NCBI GenBank assembly: GCA_965223265.1
Contig: OZ244999.1
Span: 64,001-128,000 of the forward strand
Origin: Planctomycetota bacterium
GTDB taxonomy: Bacteria; Planctomycetota; UBA8108; SXIK01
Length of the DNA: 64,000 bases
Direction of reading: 5' to 3'
Shown here: positions 39,085 through 49,183 of the stretch, in pieces
How positions within the stretch are numbered: the stretch's first letter is position 1
How the letters are laid out: every line of letters begins with the position of its first letter
The notes under the pieces: model-generated
Told to the model about the DNA's origin: nothing
The model's input: the letters and a program-made list of their open reading frames with translations, nothing else
The model's database searches: none
Position numbers and translations under genes: made by a program

Positions 39085-40194
39085 ATGGAAAGACGGGAAT
39101 ATCGGCGCCGGCCTTCGCGTGGGCCCGAGCTGTCGCCAGCAGCGATTCGCCGGCTGGTGGCCGGCGGCGTCATCCTTGCCGTGATCGTCGCTGCGGGGCT
39201 GACGATGATGTACCAGGTGGAGGCGCAAGAAGAGGGCGTCGTGCTGCGGTTTGGGCGTTACCTCAAGACCTCTCCACCGGGGCTGCATTGGCGTCTGCCT
39301 TTTGGGATCGATCGCGTCCAAACGGTGCCCTCTGCATTGGTGAAGAAACAAGATTTTGGACACATAAGTGACGACGTAGCGTCGCGGCGCCAGCGGCGTT
39401 CAGCATCGGATCCGTCACTGAAGAACGTCTCACTGATGCTCACCGGCGACCTCAACATCGTCGAGGTGCCATGGACGGTTCAGTACCGCATCAAGAACTC
39501 GCGAGAGTTTCTCTTCAACGTGCGAAACCCCGACGAGACGCTGCGGGACATCTCGGAGGCCGCTATGCGTCTGGTTGTTGGAGACCACAGTATTACCGAC
39601 ATCCTGACGGAGAAGCGGAGCGACATCGAATTGGAAGTCGCAGAACTGATCCGCACGACGCTTGATCAATACCGGGCCGGAATCGAGATCCATGCCCTGA
39701 ATATTCAGAACGTGACGCCGCCAGAGTCCGTCAAGGCCGCGTTCGACGATGTGACGGCAGCACGACTCGAAAAGGAGACGGAAATCAACGAGGCTCAACA
39801 AGAGTACTTCAAAGTGATTCCGGAGGCTCGTGGTGAAGCGCAGCAGATGGAAAGAGAGGCGGAAGGATACTATGCGCGACGCGTCAACGAAGCACACGGT
39901 GACGTGGCGCGATTTCTCGCCCTCTTCGAGGAGTATCAACGCGCGCCAGAAGTCACGCGTACTCGGCTCTACTTGGAAGTCATTTCCGAGGTGTTGCCGC
40001 AGATTCACCATATCTATGTCGTCGACGACGATCAGCAGGGGCCGCTCCAGGTGCTCGACTTGAAGCAGGGCGCCGCTGCAGCGCGCAGTCGTACCACGAC
40101 CGAGTCACGGGTCGGCGGACTGCACGGGCGTTCCGCTCGAAGTGGAGAGGGGACCCAGTCAACGAGACAGACGACAGGGAGGCGCGCGCAATGA
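39085..40194 (+). CDS. hflK: FtsH protease modulator HflK
   Basis: GVVLRFG, PGLHW, MLTGDLNIV, APEVTRTRLYLE. Confidence 0.9.
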   Translation: MERREYRRRPSRGPELSPAAIRRLVAGGVILAVIVAAGLTMMYQVEAQEEGVVLRFGRYLKTSPPGLHWRLPFGIDRVQTVPSALVKKQDFGHISDDVASRRQRRSASDPSLKNVSLMLTGDLNIVEVPWTVQYRIKNSREFLFNVRNPDETLRDISEAAMRLVVGDHSITDILTEKRSDIELEVAELIRTTLDQYRAGIEIHALNIQNVTPPESVKAAFDDVTAARLEKETEINEAQQEYFKVIPEARGEAQQMEREAEGYYARRVNEAHGDVARFLALFEEYQRAPEVTRTRLYLEVISEVLPQIHHIYVVDDDQQGPLQVLDLKQGAAAARSRTTTESRVGGLHGRSARSGEGTQSTRQTTGRRAQ

Positions 40195-41255
40195 ACGACA
40201 TCACGCAACATCCAAGCTACAAGGCCGGAGCGATTGGCGTACTCGCCGCAGTGCTCGTCGTGGTCGGATTGATCTGTCTTTGGGCAGCCGCGTTCGTTGT
40301 CTCAGAGGGCGAACAGGCTGTGGTGACGCGGTTCGGCAAGGTAGTCCGCGTCGTGAAAGAGGAAGCAGGTCTCTACTTCAAAGCCCCGTTTGTCGAAACC
40401 GTCCACAAATTCCAGAAGAGATTGTTGGAGTTCGATGGTGATCCAAAGCAGACGCAGACGAATGACAAGAAGCCGATTTCGATCGATACCTTCGCCCGCT
40501 GGCGGATCGTCGATCCGCAGAAGTTTTTCGAAACGGTGAGGGACGAACCAGGGGCGCGATCGCGGCTCACGGCGAGCATCAACTCTGCCACAGTCGGGGC
40601 GATGGCTCGCCATCGTCTTGTGGAAGCCGTGCGCAACACGAACCGTCATCTGACGCAGGATAAAGAGGTCGTTGCTGCACGCGCGCAAATGGAGGAGGTC
40701 GATCCAGGGTTAGCGACCGGTGACCCGGACAAAGACTCGGCCGAGGTAGACGACCTCACCATCGAGGTCGGCCGTGAAAAGATCGCCAAGGAGATCACGG
40801 ATTTTGCGTCTCGAGAGGTTGCTGAAATCGGGGTCGAGCTCATCGATGTGAAGATCAAGCGGATCAACTACGGCGATGACGGCGTCAAGAAGGCAGTCTT
40901 CGATCGCATGAAATCGGCGCGTGAGCAGATCGCGCAGAAGTATCGCTCTGAGGGTCGCGAGCAGCGATCGGTATGGATGGGGCAGATCGACCAAGATCGC
41001 AGCAAGATTCTCTCGGGTGCATTTCGCACCGCCGAGACGCGGCGTGGCGAAGCGGATGCCGAGGCCGCGCGCATCTACTCCGACGCGTACGGCAAAGACC
41101 CCGAGTTCTACGCCTTCTGGAAGACCCTGCAGCTCTACCGTGAGACGCTTGGTAGCAATAGCACGCTCGTGGTTTCCACCAATTCAGATCTCTTTCGCTA
41201 CTTGCAGCAGGGTGGTGTTCTCAACGGCACCGCGACCGCGGCCGGCGGCGATTGA
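40191..41255 (+). CDS. hflC: FtsH protease modulator HflC
   Basis: GLYFKAPF, WRIVDP, YRSEG, DPEFYAF; ATGA overlap with hflK. Confidence 0.9.
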   Translation: MNDITQHPSYKAGAIGVLAAVLVVVGLICLWAAAFVVSEGEQAVVTRFGKVVRVVKEEAGLYFKAPFVETVHKFQKRLLEFDGDPKQTQTNDKKPISIDTFARWRIVDPQKFFETVRDEPGARSRLTASINSATVGAMARHRLVEAVRNTNRHLTQDKEVVAARAQMEEVDPGLATGDPDKDSAEVDDLTIEVGREKIAKEITDFASREVAEIGVELIDVKIKRINYGDDGVKKAVFDRMKSAREQIAQKYRSEGREQRSVWMGQIDQDRSKILSGAFRTAETRRGEADAEAARIYSDAYGKDPEFYAFWKTLQLYRETLGSNSTLVVSTNSDLFRYLQQGGVLNGTATAAGGD

Positions 41256-41339
41256 CAGCCCGTTGAAAGAGTGCTTCGAGCTGAAATCTGGGCGTGAAGA
41301 GGCCGGTTTCTCAGCCGAGTGACTTTTTCAACGGGCTGT
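41255..41339. repeat. 85-bp stem-loop/MITE-like element directly after hflC (possible terminator)
   Basis: ACAGCCCGTTGAAAGAGT...ACTTTTTCAACGGGCTGT, 17/18 inverted match. Confidence 0.8.
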
Positions 41340-41682
41340 TTGGTTAGCATGTGAACCCGTAGCCCCTCGCGCCGCCGAAAGGTGGCGGGCGTCGCCCTTC
41401 GTTGACTTGGTTTTCTTAGGTTCAAGTCTTCTCCAGAAGAAGTTTCTAACCGCAGAGTTGGGCAGTCAAAGATCCGGAGCGTTCCGCCTGGGGTGACCAA
41501 CCTCTGGACGCGACGTCGAGTTTCGGATTGGCGTTGAACACCCGCTCGCTGGCACGGTATTCGCCTTCCAGCTGGTTTTACGTCGACGCGTGGCCACAGC
41601 GGCGTCGGCACGCGAATTGCATTCCCTCCTTTCGCTGTAGGTCGAGAGCTTGTTGAGCGTTCGAGAAGGAGAGGGAAAGCTG

Positions 41683-43149
41683 GTGAAGGTGCTTCTGTCA
41701 CTCTTTGTCTTTGCGTCGTTGATCCAATGTGGGCTTCTCACAGCAGCCGAGACGGTTCGCATCACGACGAGCCAAGTCACCGTCCGCACCGGCCCCGACT
41801 CCGCCTACGCCGCTCTCGGAACAGTGAACGGTGGTGAGATCTACGTCGCCACGGAAGAGTCTGCCGGGTACCACAGAATCTGGTTCAACCGCTCTGAGGG
41901 TTGGATCCACGCGAGCCACGCCGAGCCGACGACATCTTTGTACGACGACGTTCACCGCGGCACGAACGTCCGCAGCGGCCCGAGCACGTCGTACTCCAAG
42001 GTCGGATACGCCAAGGTTGGCTCGAAGTGGGCCGTCGCGACGACGTCGAGCTCTGGAAACTGGCACATGATCTACTACGAGGGTCAGGCGTGCTGGTTCT
42101 ACGCCAGCGGTCGAGCAGACACTTTCGAGCACGTGGTCGCTGGGGATACGCTGGTCACCGCCGACGAGCCTGTGGGCATCACGTCGCCCCTGGCCGTCGT
42201 GCGTGAGGGGCCAGGACTGCACTACGACGAGATCGGCACCGCGCTCCAAGGCCAAGTCTACGTCTCGACGGAGTCGCTCGCCGGTTGGCGTAAGATCTGG
42301 TTCTCCCGTGAGAGCGGCTGGATCGCTGAGTTCGAGATGGCCGTTCAGAGCGCCGAATATGACGTCGTCGACTGGGAGTGGCTCAACGTCCGCACCGGCC
42401 CCGGGACAGAGCACGAAAAGATCACGAGCGTGCCCGCCGGATCCAAGTTTGTCAGCGCTGCGTACATAGGATCCTGGCACCAAATTTACTTTGCCGGCGA
42501 CCTCCGCTGGTTCTCCGGTGTTGGCGTGACGACCTTCGACTTCTCGATCGACGGCGTTTCGCCCAGCCCGACCTCGTCGAGCGTCGGCTTCGTCAAACTG
42601 CCTGCCAGTGGCCCCGGTTTTCTTCGCCGCTGCGGAGCGAACAATCCGGACCACGCGTGGGGAGACGCGCTGCTCGTCAATGGGTTCATCGCTGCCGCTG
42701 CTGACTGGGCTGCGACGTACCCGGACCGTCCGAGAATCCGAGTCGGCGATCTCAGCCTTCCGGGCGGCGGCCCTTTCGTCGAGAGCGATCAGGCCTATCA
42801 CGTCACGCACCAGCACGGCACGGACGTGGACCTCTTTCTTCTTCGCAGTGACGACTCCGATCTCGGCGCCGCGGACGTCTACGACGCCGCTTACTCGTCC
42901 GAGCGCACCCGCGAGTGGATCACCGACTTTCTTGCTGTACACCTCCCACAGGTCGAGACGCACGGAATCCTGCTCAGCGATCCGAATATCTTCGGAACGA
43001 TCACGACCGTCTCTTCGACTGCTGTGTGTCCTGGCGAGGGCTGCGCGCTCGACGAAAACGGCGCCCACCTTGTACCATCGAGTGATGGCGTGCCGTTCGT
43101 GCGGTGTAACCCTGGCCATCACGATCACATGCACGTCAACATCGACTGA
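41683..43149 (+). CDS. Secreted protein with 4 SH3b-like domains and a C-terminal MepA-like (LAS) Zn peptidase
   Basis: Signal-like N-terminus; VRTGP, VRSGP, VREGP and VRTGP repeats; VGDLS, HVTHQHGTDVD, HDHMHV. Confidence 0.8.
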   Translation: MKVLLSLFVFASLIQCGLLTAAETVRITTSQVTVRTGPDSAYAALGTVNGGEIYVATEESAGYHRIWFNRSEGWIHASHAEPTTSLYDDVHRGTNVRSGPSTSYSKVGYAKVGSKWAVATTSSSGNWHMIYYEGQACWFYASGRADTFEHVVAGDTLVTADEPVGITSPLAVVREGPGLHYDEIGTALQGQVYVSTESLAGWRKIWFSRESGWIAEFEMAVQSAEYDVVDWEWLNVRTGPGTEHEKITSVPAGSKFVSAAYIGSWHQIYFAGDLRWFSGVGVTTFDFSIDGVSPSPTSSSVGFVKLPASGPGFLRRCGANNPDHAWGDALLVNGFIAAAADWAATYPDRPRIRVGDLSLPGGGPFVESDQAYHVTHQHGTDVDLFLLRSDDSDLGAADVYDAAYSSERTREWITDFLAVHLPQVETHGILLSDPNIFGTITTVSSTAVCPGEGCALDENGAHLVPSSDGVPFVRCNPGHHDHMHVNID

Positions 43150-43224
43150 GTCCGCGAGCCTCCCCGGCACCATCGCGCACCTTGAACATCTCGAGTTGGC
43201 GCGCGCAGCGAAAGGTCGCCGCTC

Positions 43225-44325
43225 ATGAGTCGTGGAGCTATTTGGGCCGTGTGTGGGCTACTCGGGGTGACCTTTTGCGCCGGAGTCTGGATCGGGAGCA
43301 CAATGGACGCCCCTGCTGAGGCTACAGTCTCCTCGGGGCAGCGCGAAGCGGCGTACCGAGATCCGACCGCCCGCGATCTTGAACGCGCCCTCGCGCGGAC
43401 TCAGCTTGAGGCGGAGCGACTCAAAGCTGCCCTCGCCCACGAGGTGCGCGCTCGTGTCCGCGACCAAGTGGCGCGGCGCGCGGAGGAGGAACCGCGGGCC
43501 ACTGATTCGCTCGCCGCGTCGCAGCTCACGGACCTGCAGCTCGAAGAGTTGCCCCTCGCCGCTCTCCTCGAGACGCGCCGCGAGTTGGGCGACGACCATC
43601 TCGACGAATCGGTGATTCTCGACCACGTGCTTCGCGAGCGCATGGCGCAAGACCCGGACGTCTTGGCGGCAGTCTTGGATCGATTCGCCACGAATCCTGA
43701 CGACCATCTCGTCGCCCTCCTCGGGTCGTTTCCACACCCGGACACCGAACGTCTCGCAGTTGACCTCGCGGCTTCAACCGACCCGGCGGCGCGGCTGGCA
43801 GCATATGATCTGCTCGACCACTTCGAGCATGTCTCGCCAACAACGCACGCTGCGCTCCTCGATCAACTTGAGGTCGAGCAGAGTAGCGATGTCATAGCTG
43901 CGGCTCTCTACGCGCTACCGCATGGGGTGGTGCCTCCGGATCTGAATCGCCGTACCCGAGAGATCCTTCACCGGGCTGCAGCGAACTCCGAGGCGCAAGT
44001 CAGAGCGCGTGCAGCGATCGTGCTCGGCATGGGACCCGTGGGCGACGGCGATCTCGACGTCCTACTGAGCGGCGTGACGGACCCCGCGATCGAAGCCCGT
44101 GTCAGTGCGATCGCGGCGCTGCGAAACTATCGTGGCAGTCAAGCGTCGAGCGTCAAGGCGGCGCTCAGGGCGCGCATGAACGATGCCCTTGAGGCGCCGT
44201 CGGTGCGCCGTGCTGCGTGGACGATGTTGGCGTCGTTCACGCTGGCTCAGGAAGAGTACGACGAGTGGAAGACGCTCAAGCACGCGTTGGATGCCGAAGG
44301 CGAAGCCGCAGCAGATGGTCGCTGA
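43225..44325 (+). CDS. Membrane-anchored coiled-coil/HEAT-repeat protein
   Basis: N-terminal TM; AQVRARAAIVLG, EARVSAIAAL, SVRRAAW. Confidence 0.65.
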   Translation: MSRGAIWAVCGLLGVTFCAGVWIGSTMDAPAEATVSSGQREAAYRDPTARDLERALARTQLEAERLKAALAHEVRARVRDQVARRAEEEPRATDSLAASQLTDLQLEELPLAALLETRRELGDDHLDESVILDHVLRERMAQDPDVLAAVLDRFATNPDDHLVALLGSFPHPDTERLAVDLAASTDPAARLAAYDLLDHFEHVSPTTHAALLDQLEVEQSSDVIAAALYALPHGVVPPDLNRRTREILHRAAANSEAQVRARAAIVLGMGPVGDGDLDVLLSGVTDPAIEARVSAIAALRNYRGSQASSVKAALRARMNDALEAPSVRRAAWTMLASFTLAQEEYDEWKTLKHALDAEGEAAADGR

Positions 44326-44407
44326 TTGCGTACGGTCTGAAGAGGAAGGCATTTGAACAGAAGCAACGAAGTGGAGAGGGTTCGGAGTGCTATTCGAGAA
44401 CGCGGCC

Positions 44408-44764
44408 TCAATCTCCCGGCTTCTGACTGAGATACTCCTGGAGCGCCATCGCATTGTTGTACTCCGATTCCTTGGCACCAAAGAGCAGCGTAACGTCTCC
44501 CGCCTGTGTCAAGGTGAGTAGAGCCTCAACTGCCTCTGGGTTCGCGTCGAGCTCGGCGAAATAGCGTCCTTTGAACTCGTCCCATTTGGCTGCATCGTGA
44601 TCGAACCAACGCCGCAGCTCGTGGCTTGGGGCGACTTCCTTCAGCCAATGGTCGACACCGGCGCGTTCCTTGCTGACGCCGCGCGGCCACAAACGGTCAA
44701 CGAGAACGCGGGCGGAACCATCGTCACGGCGTTCGTCATAGATGCGTTGAACTTGGACCGTCAT
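44408..44764 (-). CDS. DUF488 (YeaO-like) protein
   Basis: RVLVDRLWPRG, WLKEVAPSHELRRWF. Confidence 0.9.
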   Translation of the reverse strand: MTVQVQRIYDERRDDGSARVLVDRLWPRGVSKERAGVDHWLKEVAPSHELRRWFDHDAAKWDEFKGRYFAELDANPEAVEALLTLTQAGDVTLLFGAKESEYNNAMALQEYLSQKPGD

Positions 44765-44776
44765 GCGAAGCGAGCC

Positions 44777-46438
44777 TCATCGCCGCGAACGTCGCAGCCA
44801 TCCGAGCACGGGTGGCCCGAGCCAAATCGCGAGCGTCACGACGCCGAGCACAGCGGCGATCGGACGTGCGAAAAACTGTAGTAGAGAATCGGACTTGGTG
44901 AGGTTCTGGATGAAATACTCCTCGAGCCGACCGCCGAGCAGGAGAGCCAGTACAACGGGGCCGAGAGGGAGGCCCCAGCGCTCAAAGAGGAAGCCAAGTA
45001 CACCCATCGCCAGCATGATCCAAACATCGGCGTAGCTGCCGTTGAGCGCGTAGGCACCCACGATGCAGAAAAGAAGGATCGTCGGCAAAAGGATGCGTCG
45101 TGGCACCCGCACGAGAAACCTCCCGCTACTGACCGCGAGTAGGCCAAGAGGGATGAGCAGGATGTTTGCCAGGATGAACGTGAGGTAGATGCTGTAGACC
45201 AAGGCGCTTTGGTTAGTGAAGATCTCCGGACCGGGAGCGACGTTCTTCATCAGTAGGACACCGATGACGATCGCTGTGATCGAGTCTCCCGGAATGCCGA
45301 AAACAAGGGTCGGCACCCAGGCGCCAGCTAGCGCGGCGTTGTTGGCGCTGGTGGCGTCAGCGAGCCCTTCGGTGGCTTCATCGTCGCTGGTTGATGGAGT
45401 GTCGCTTCCTCGGAGAGCGGGGGCCTCCATCGACGCAGCGGCAGCGTCAGGAGCCGTGACGTTGGGAGCAGCGGCGCTGTGATCGTCTGTGCTGTCACTT
45501 GCCTCGTGCGAATCGCTTGGTGGCCCTTTTCGAGCGCCGCGTTTCGACACGCCGTACGAAATCCACGCGCCGATGTCCGCGCCCGCGCCGGGGAGCATGC
45601 CGACGAACGAACCGATCAAGCTGCTGCGCAGCGCCGCGGCCTTTCGGCGCAGGAGCATCGGTAGGGCACCCGCACACATCGTCTTGAACGGATGAGCAAT
45701 GAAGCTCAAACGACTCTTTCCTATATCTGGCGCCGCGGTTTCGATCGCATGGCGCAGGCTTCCTTTGCCGCGCGCGACGTTGCGCAGGACCTCGGAGACG
45801 CCGAAGAGTCCGATCAGTGCGGGGATGAAGTTGATGCCGGTCAGCAGCTCGTCGCGACCGACCGTAAAGCGTGGCGTGCTATGGACGGCGCTGAGGCCAA
45901 CTGTCGAAAGGAGGAGACCAGCGATGAGCGCGAGCGCTCCCTTCAGCCGCGAGCCACGCGAGACGACCGCAGCGCAGCTCAGGCCCAAAAGCGTCAGCCA
46001 AAAATACTCATACGTTGAGAAGTAGAAAGCGATTTTAGCGAGCTGCGGCGCCAGGGTGATGAGGAGAATAATCCCGACGAAGCCGCCTGCGACACTAAAA
46101 AGGAGCGCCGTGCTGAGAGCCTCGGCAGATTTCCCTTTACGCGTTAGCGCGTAAGCGTCGTCGGCATATGCGGCCGACGACGGCGTGCCCGGGATGCGGA
46201 GCAAGACGGTGGGGATGTCGCCGGCGAAGATCGCGCACGCCTCGAGCGTGACGATGGCGGCGATGGCGGGAACCTCATCGAGAAAAAACGTCAGCGGCAC
46301 GAGGAGCGCCACCGCCATCGTCGCGGTCAGCCCTGGGATCGAACCGACGACCAGCCCGTAAATCGCGGCGAGGACGATGACCGTAAGAACAAAGGGGTCG
46401 AAGACGTTGCTGAAAGCTTCGGCGACAGCGTTAGACAT
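44777..46438 (-). CDS. tctA: Tripartite tricarboxylate transporter permease (TctA family)
   Basis: GSIPGL, RIPGTPSSAA, GMLPGAG, ANNAA, GIPGD. Confidence 0.9.
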   Translation of the reverse strand: MSNAVAEAFSNVFDPFVLTVIVLAAIYGLVVGSIPGLTATMAVALLVPLTFFLDEVPAIAAIVTLEACAIFAGDIPTVLLRIPGTPSSAAYADDAYALTRKGKSAEALSTALLFSVAGGFVGIILLITLAPQLAKIAFYFSTYEYFWLTLLGLSCAAVVSRGSRLKGALALIAGLLLSTVGLSAVHSTPRFTVGRDELLTGINFIPALIGLFGVSEVLRNVARGKGSLRHAIETAAPDIGKSRLSFIAHPFKTMCAGALPMLLRRKAAALRSSLIGSFVGMLPGAGADIGAWISYGVSKRGARKGPPSDSHEASDSTDDHSAAAPNVTAPDAAAASMEAPALRGSDTPSTSDDEATEGLADATSANNAALAGAWVPTLVFGIPGDSITAIVIGVLLMKNVAPGPEIFTNQSALVYSIYLTFILANILLIPLGLLAVSSGRFLVRVPRRILLPTILLFCIVGAYALNGSYADVWIMLAMGVLGFLFERWGLPLGPVVLALLLGGRLEEYFIQNLTKSDSLLQFFARPIAAVLGVVTLAIWLGPPVLGWLRRSRR

Positions 46439-46450
46439 CGATCCGACTCC

Positions 46451-47815
46451 TCACCACCCCAAATAGCCTCTCGGCAGCGACACACGCAGGAGGTGGACAA
46501 AAACATGGTAGAGGAGCGGTACGACGACCAGCGTGACGAGCACTGCCGGCACGAGTCGGGTGCCGAGCCGCCAAAGGAGAATCAAGAGTAGGCCAGTCGC
46601 CGCCAGGATGAATCCGACGGTTTCGACGCAAAGGAGGAACACCACCACGCAGGCGATGACCAAGGCGATCTGACTGGCACCCTCTTTGGAAATCGTCGCT
46701 GGAGTACGAGGCGCTTGCGGTGGCGCATCTGTGGCTGCTGTTGACCGCCGGCGTTTGATCGCGCTGGCTCCCAACAAAACGACCAGGATCCCGATCAGAA
46801 GGAACGGGAAGTCGTACGGCCGAAATTTGTCGGTGAGCAAGGCGGAGAACTCATCGCTCGTGATCAGCGCACCTAAATCCTTATCGGCGCGGCCGAGGAG
46901 ATCGCGAAAATCTTCCGGTCCGAGCCACGTTGCGCCGAACCCTTCGCGCTCCATGAAAGCGGGAAAGCTTTCGCCGCGGATCTTCGTCTTACCAGTGACG
47001 ATGTTTTCGAAAGCGCTGACAAGGCGCGCAGTGATCTTCTCATCGACGTCGAGCGGTAGTGCTATTCCGCGCCAACCACCGAGGGACCAATCCACGCCTT
47101 GCTCGCGGAAGGTCGGTACGTTCGGGCGCGCCGCGAGTCGTTCCTCAGCCATAATGCCGAGGCAGCGAATCTCGCCCGTGCCAAGGAGAGCACGCGCTTC
47201 GGGTATGCTGCAGCAGACCGTGTCCACCCCGCCGCTGGCAAGGTCTTGAAGGGACGGAGCCGAACCTTTGGAAGGGACCCACGTGATGTCGGTCGGTTCG
47301 AGGCCCGCGGTGCGCAGATAGCCCGCGAGCGCCAGGTGCCAAATGCCGCAGGTCGCCGTGCCCGACGACGTGAGTTTGCCTGGCTGCGCGCGCACGGCTG
47401 CGGTGAGATCGGCGACGCTTTGCCACGGTGAGTCCTTGCGCACAAACACAGCTGCGGCGTCGCTGTTGACGAGCATGATCGGCGTGTAGTCTTCCCACGA
47501 GATTCTCGTTAGGTGCCGCCAGCGCAGAATGTTGATCTCTGCGGTGATGGTCCCGAGGGTGTAGCCGTCGGGTTTGGCGTTCGCAATGCGGCTGTGCCCC
47601 GTGACTCCGGCCCCGCCCGTGGCGTTGATGACGTTGACGGGCACACCGAGTTCCAGCTCGAGAAACGCGCCCACCTGACGTGAGACACGGTCGGTGCCAC
47701 CACCCACCGCCCATGGGCAGATGAGGAGGAGCGGATGGTCCGGCCACTCCTTTTCAGCATTGCAACCGAGCTGGAGACAGATGAGGAGTGTGAGGAGCGA
47801 GGCGGACGTACGCAT
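46451..47815 (-). CDS. TctC (Bug) substrate-binding protein fused to a TctB-like membrane domain
   Basis: PWAVGGGTD, AKPDGYTLG, PTFREQG, WRG; C-terminal 4 TM ending LRVSLPRG. Confidence 0.85.
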   Translation of the reverse strand: MRTSASLLTLLICLQLGCNAEKEWPDHPLLLICPWAVGGGTDRVSRQVGAFLELELGVPVNVINATGGAGVTGHSRIANAKPDGYTLGTITAEINILRWRHLTRISWEDYTPIMLVNSDAAAVFVRKDSPWQSVADLTAAVRAQPGKLTSSGTATCGIWHLALAGYLRTAGLEPTDITWVPSKGSAPSLQDLASGGVDTVCCSIPEARALLGTGEIRCLGIMAEERLAARPNVPTFREQGVDWSLGGWRGIALPLDVDEKITARLVSAFENIVTGKTKIRGESFPAFMEREGFGATWLGPEDFRDLLGRADKDLGALITSDEFSALLTDKFRPYDFPFLLIGILVVLLGASAIKRRRSTAATDAPPQAPRTPATISKEGASQIALVIACVVVFLLCVETVGFILAATGLLLILLWRLGTRLVPAVLVTLVVVPLLYHVFVHLLRVSLPRGYLGW

Positions 47816-47863
47816 GGCCGCCCATGGTAGTCGACCTGCACGCAGAGTTGAAGGGTGCTGCCG

Positions 47864-49183
47864 CTACACCGTGTGGGTCGTCTTCCATTCTCCCCACTGC
47901 GCTGACGACCGCGCTGGGGTCAGAAGCGTTCTGATGAGAGTTCCGTAGCGCTTCTCGACGTCGCTTTCGACGCCAACGCCGCGGCCGGCGAGATATTCGG
48001 CCCCGAAGTCCGCGAAACAGTTGCCGTGGCCTGAGAGTCCGGCGATACCGTGAATGCGCCGCTCGCGGTCAAACTCGCCGAGCATAGGCAGCTCGTCGCG
48101 CGTGAACGATTGCAGTCCGCCCCAGCGATGTGTCACGCGAACGCCGTGGAGGTGTGGGAAGAACTTCGAGAACTGTGCGTCAAGTCGCGCCTGGTGTCTC
48201 GCCGATGGGTTAAAGCCCTCGCTCTCGAGCTGAGGATGCGGTTCACCGCTGCACGTGTACTGTGGGAAGAGGCTGTCGGGCTCGTCACGCCTGCGGCCAC
48301 CGCCGAACAGGAGTCTGTAGCGCCCGTCGCCAGCGATGATCTCCCGCCACCAAGCCAGAGCGCCGCCATGACAGCCGCGGCATGGTCGCTCGCGGAGGGG
48401 CTCCGTGACGAATACTTGCCCGCGTTCGGCACGCAGGCCGCGCTCGAGTCGTGGGACGATCTGTGGCGCCAGAGCGTTCGTCGCCAGAAAGACTGAATCC
48501 GCCGTCACGTTCGCGGCTTCAGTCCGCACTCTCACCCCGGCTGGCTGTGCGTCCACGCCCACCACTCGCGCACCTTCGAACAGCTGAACGGTCGGCAACT
48601 GAGAGACGCCGGCGGCCAGGCCGACCACGAACTTCCCAGAGTGAAACTGCGCCGCATCGAGGTAGCCGAGTGCCAGCTGCGGAAAAGCGCTTCCCGAGCG
48701 CTCCCGGACTTCGTCAGCGTCGACCAGCTCGACGTTGAAACCGTCTTCGCGCAACAGATCGTGGTCGCTTCGATGCGTCGCAGCAAGACCGCCGGGGTCG
48801 TCGTCGTCCGGTCGTACGAACGAGAAGCATCCCGACGCTTCAAAGTCACAGTCGATTGAGTACTCCTCGATCTGTTCGCGCACGGCTGCCACGCCCTCGA
48901 GACCGATCGTCCAAAGCTGTCTCGCCGTGCCGCGCGTGTAGCGCGCGATCGAGGTGGCATACGACCCATGATCGTGCGTCATGCAGCCCTGATTGCGTCC
49001 CGAGGCACCTTCGCCGACTCGGCGAGCCTCAAGAATCACGACGGAGACGCCGAGGCGCGCTAGCGAGCGAGCCAGCTTGAGGCCACAGATGCCGGCGCCG
49101 ATGATGGCGACGTCCGCGGTGAGGTCACGCTCGAGTGTGGCGAAGTGGGGGCGGTCGAAATCGAGCCAGTAGGGGAGGGACAT
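47864..49183 (-). CDS. FAD-dependent oxidoreductase (DAO/PuuB-like)
   Basis: IIGAGICG, GASGRNQG, WGG, GLSGHG. Confidence 0.88.
   Translation of the reverse strand: MSLPYWLDFDRPHFATLERDLTADVAIIGAGICGLKLARSLARLGVSVVILEARRVGEGASGRNQGCMTHDHGSYATSIARYTRGTARQLWTIGLEGVAAVREQIEEYSIDCDFEASGCFSFVRPDDDDPGGLAATHRSDHDLLREDGFNVELVDADEVRERSGSAFPQLALGYLDAAQFHSGKFVVGLAAGVSQLPTVQLFEGARVVGVDAQPAGVRVRTEAANVTADSVFLATNALAPQIVPRLERGLRAERGQVFVTEPLRERPCRGCHGGALAWWREIIAGDGRYRLLFGGGRRRDEPDSLFPQYTCSGEPHPQLESEGFNPSARHQARLDAQFSKFFPHLHGVRVTHRWGGLQSFTRDELPMLGEFDRERRIHGIAGLSGHGNCFADFGAEYLAGRGVGVESDVEKRYGTLIRTLLTPARSSAQWGEWKTTHTV

Noticed and set aside
38045-39184. 379-aa + strand ORF (likewise 32716-33576, 19035-19964, 17338-18276)
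   Set aside because: These are antisense to well-supported genes and have no motifs.
41340-41680. c-di-GMP or c-di-AMP riboswitch upstream of the SH3b peptidase
   Set aside because: Only a GAAA-tetraloop hairpin (about 41370-41387) is visible; the other conserved aptamer motifs were not found. An Rfam scan would be decisive.
41698-43173. 491-aa antisense ORF
   Set aside because: It mirrors the SH3b/peptidase gene almost end to end with no recognisable motifs, typical of a high-GC shadow ORF.
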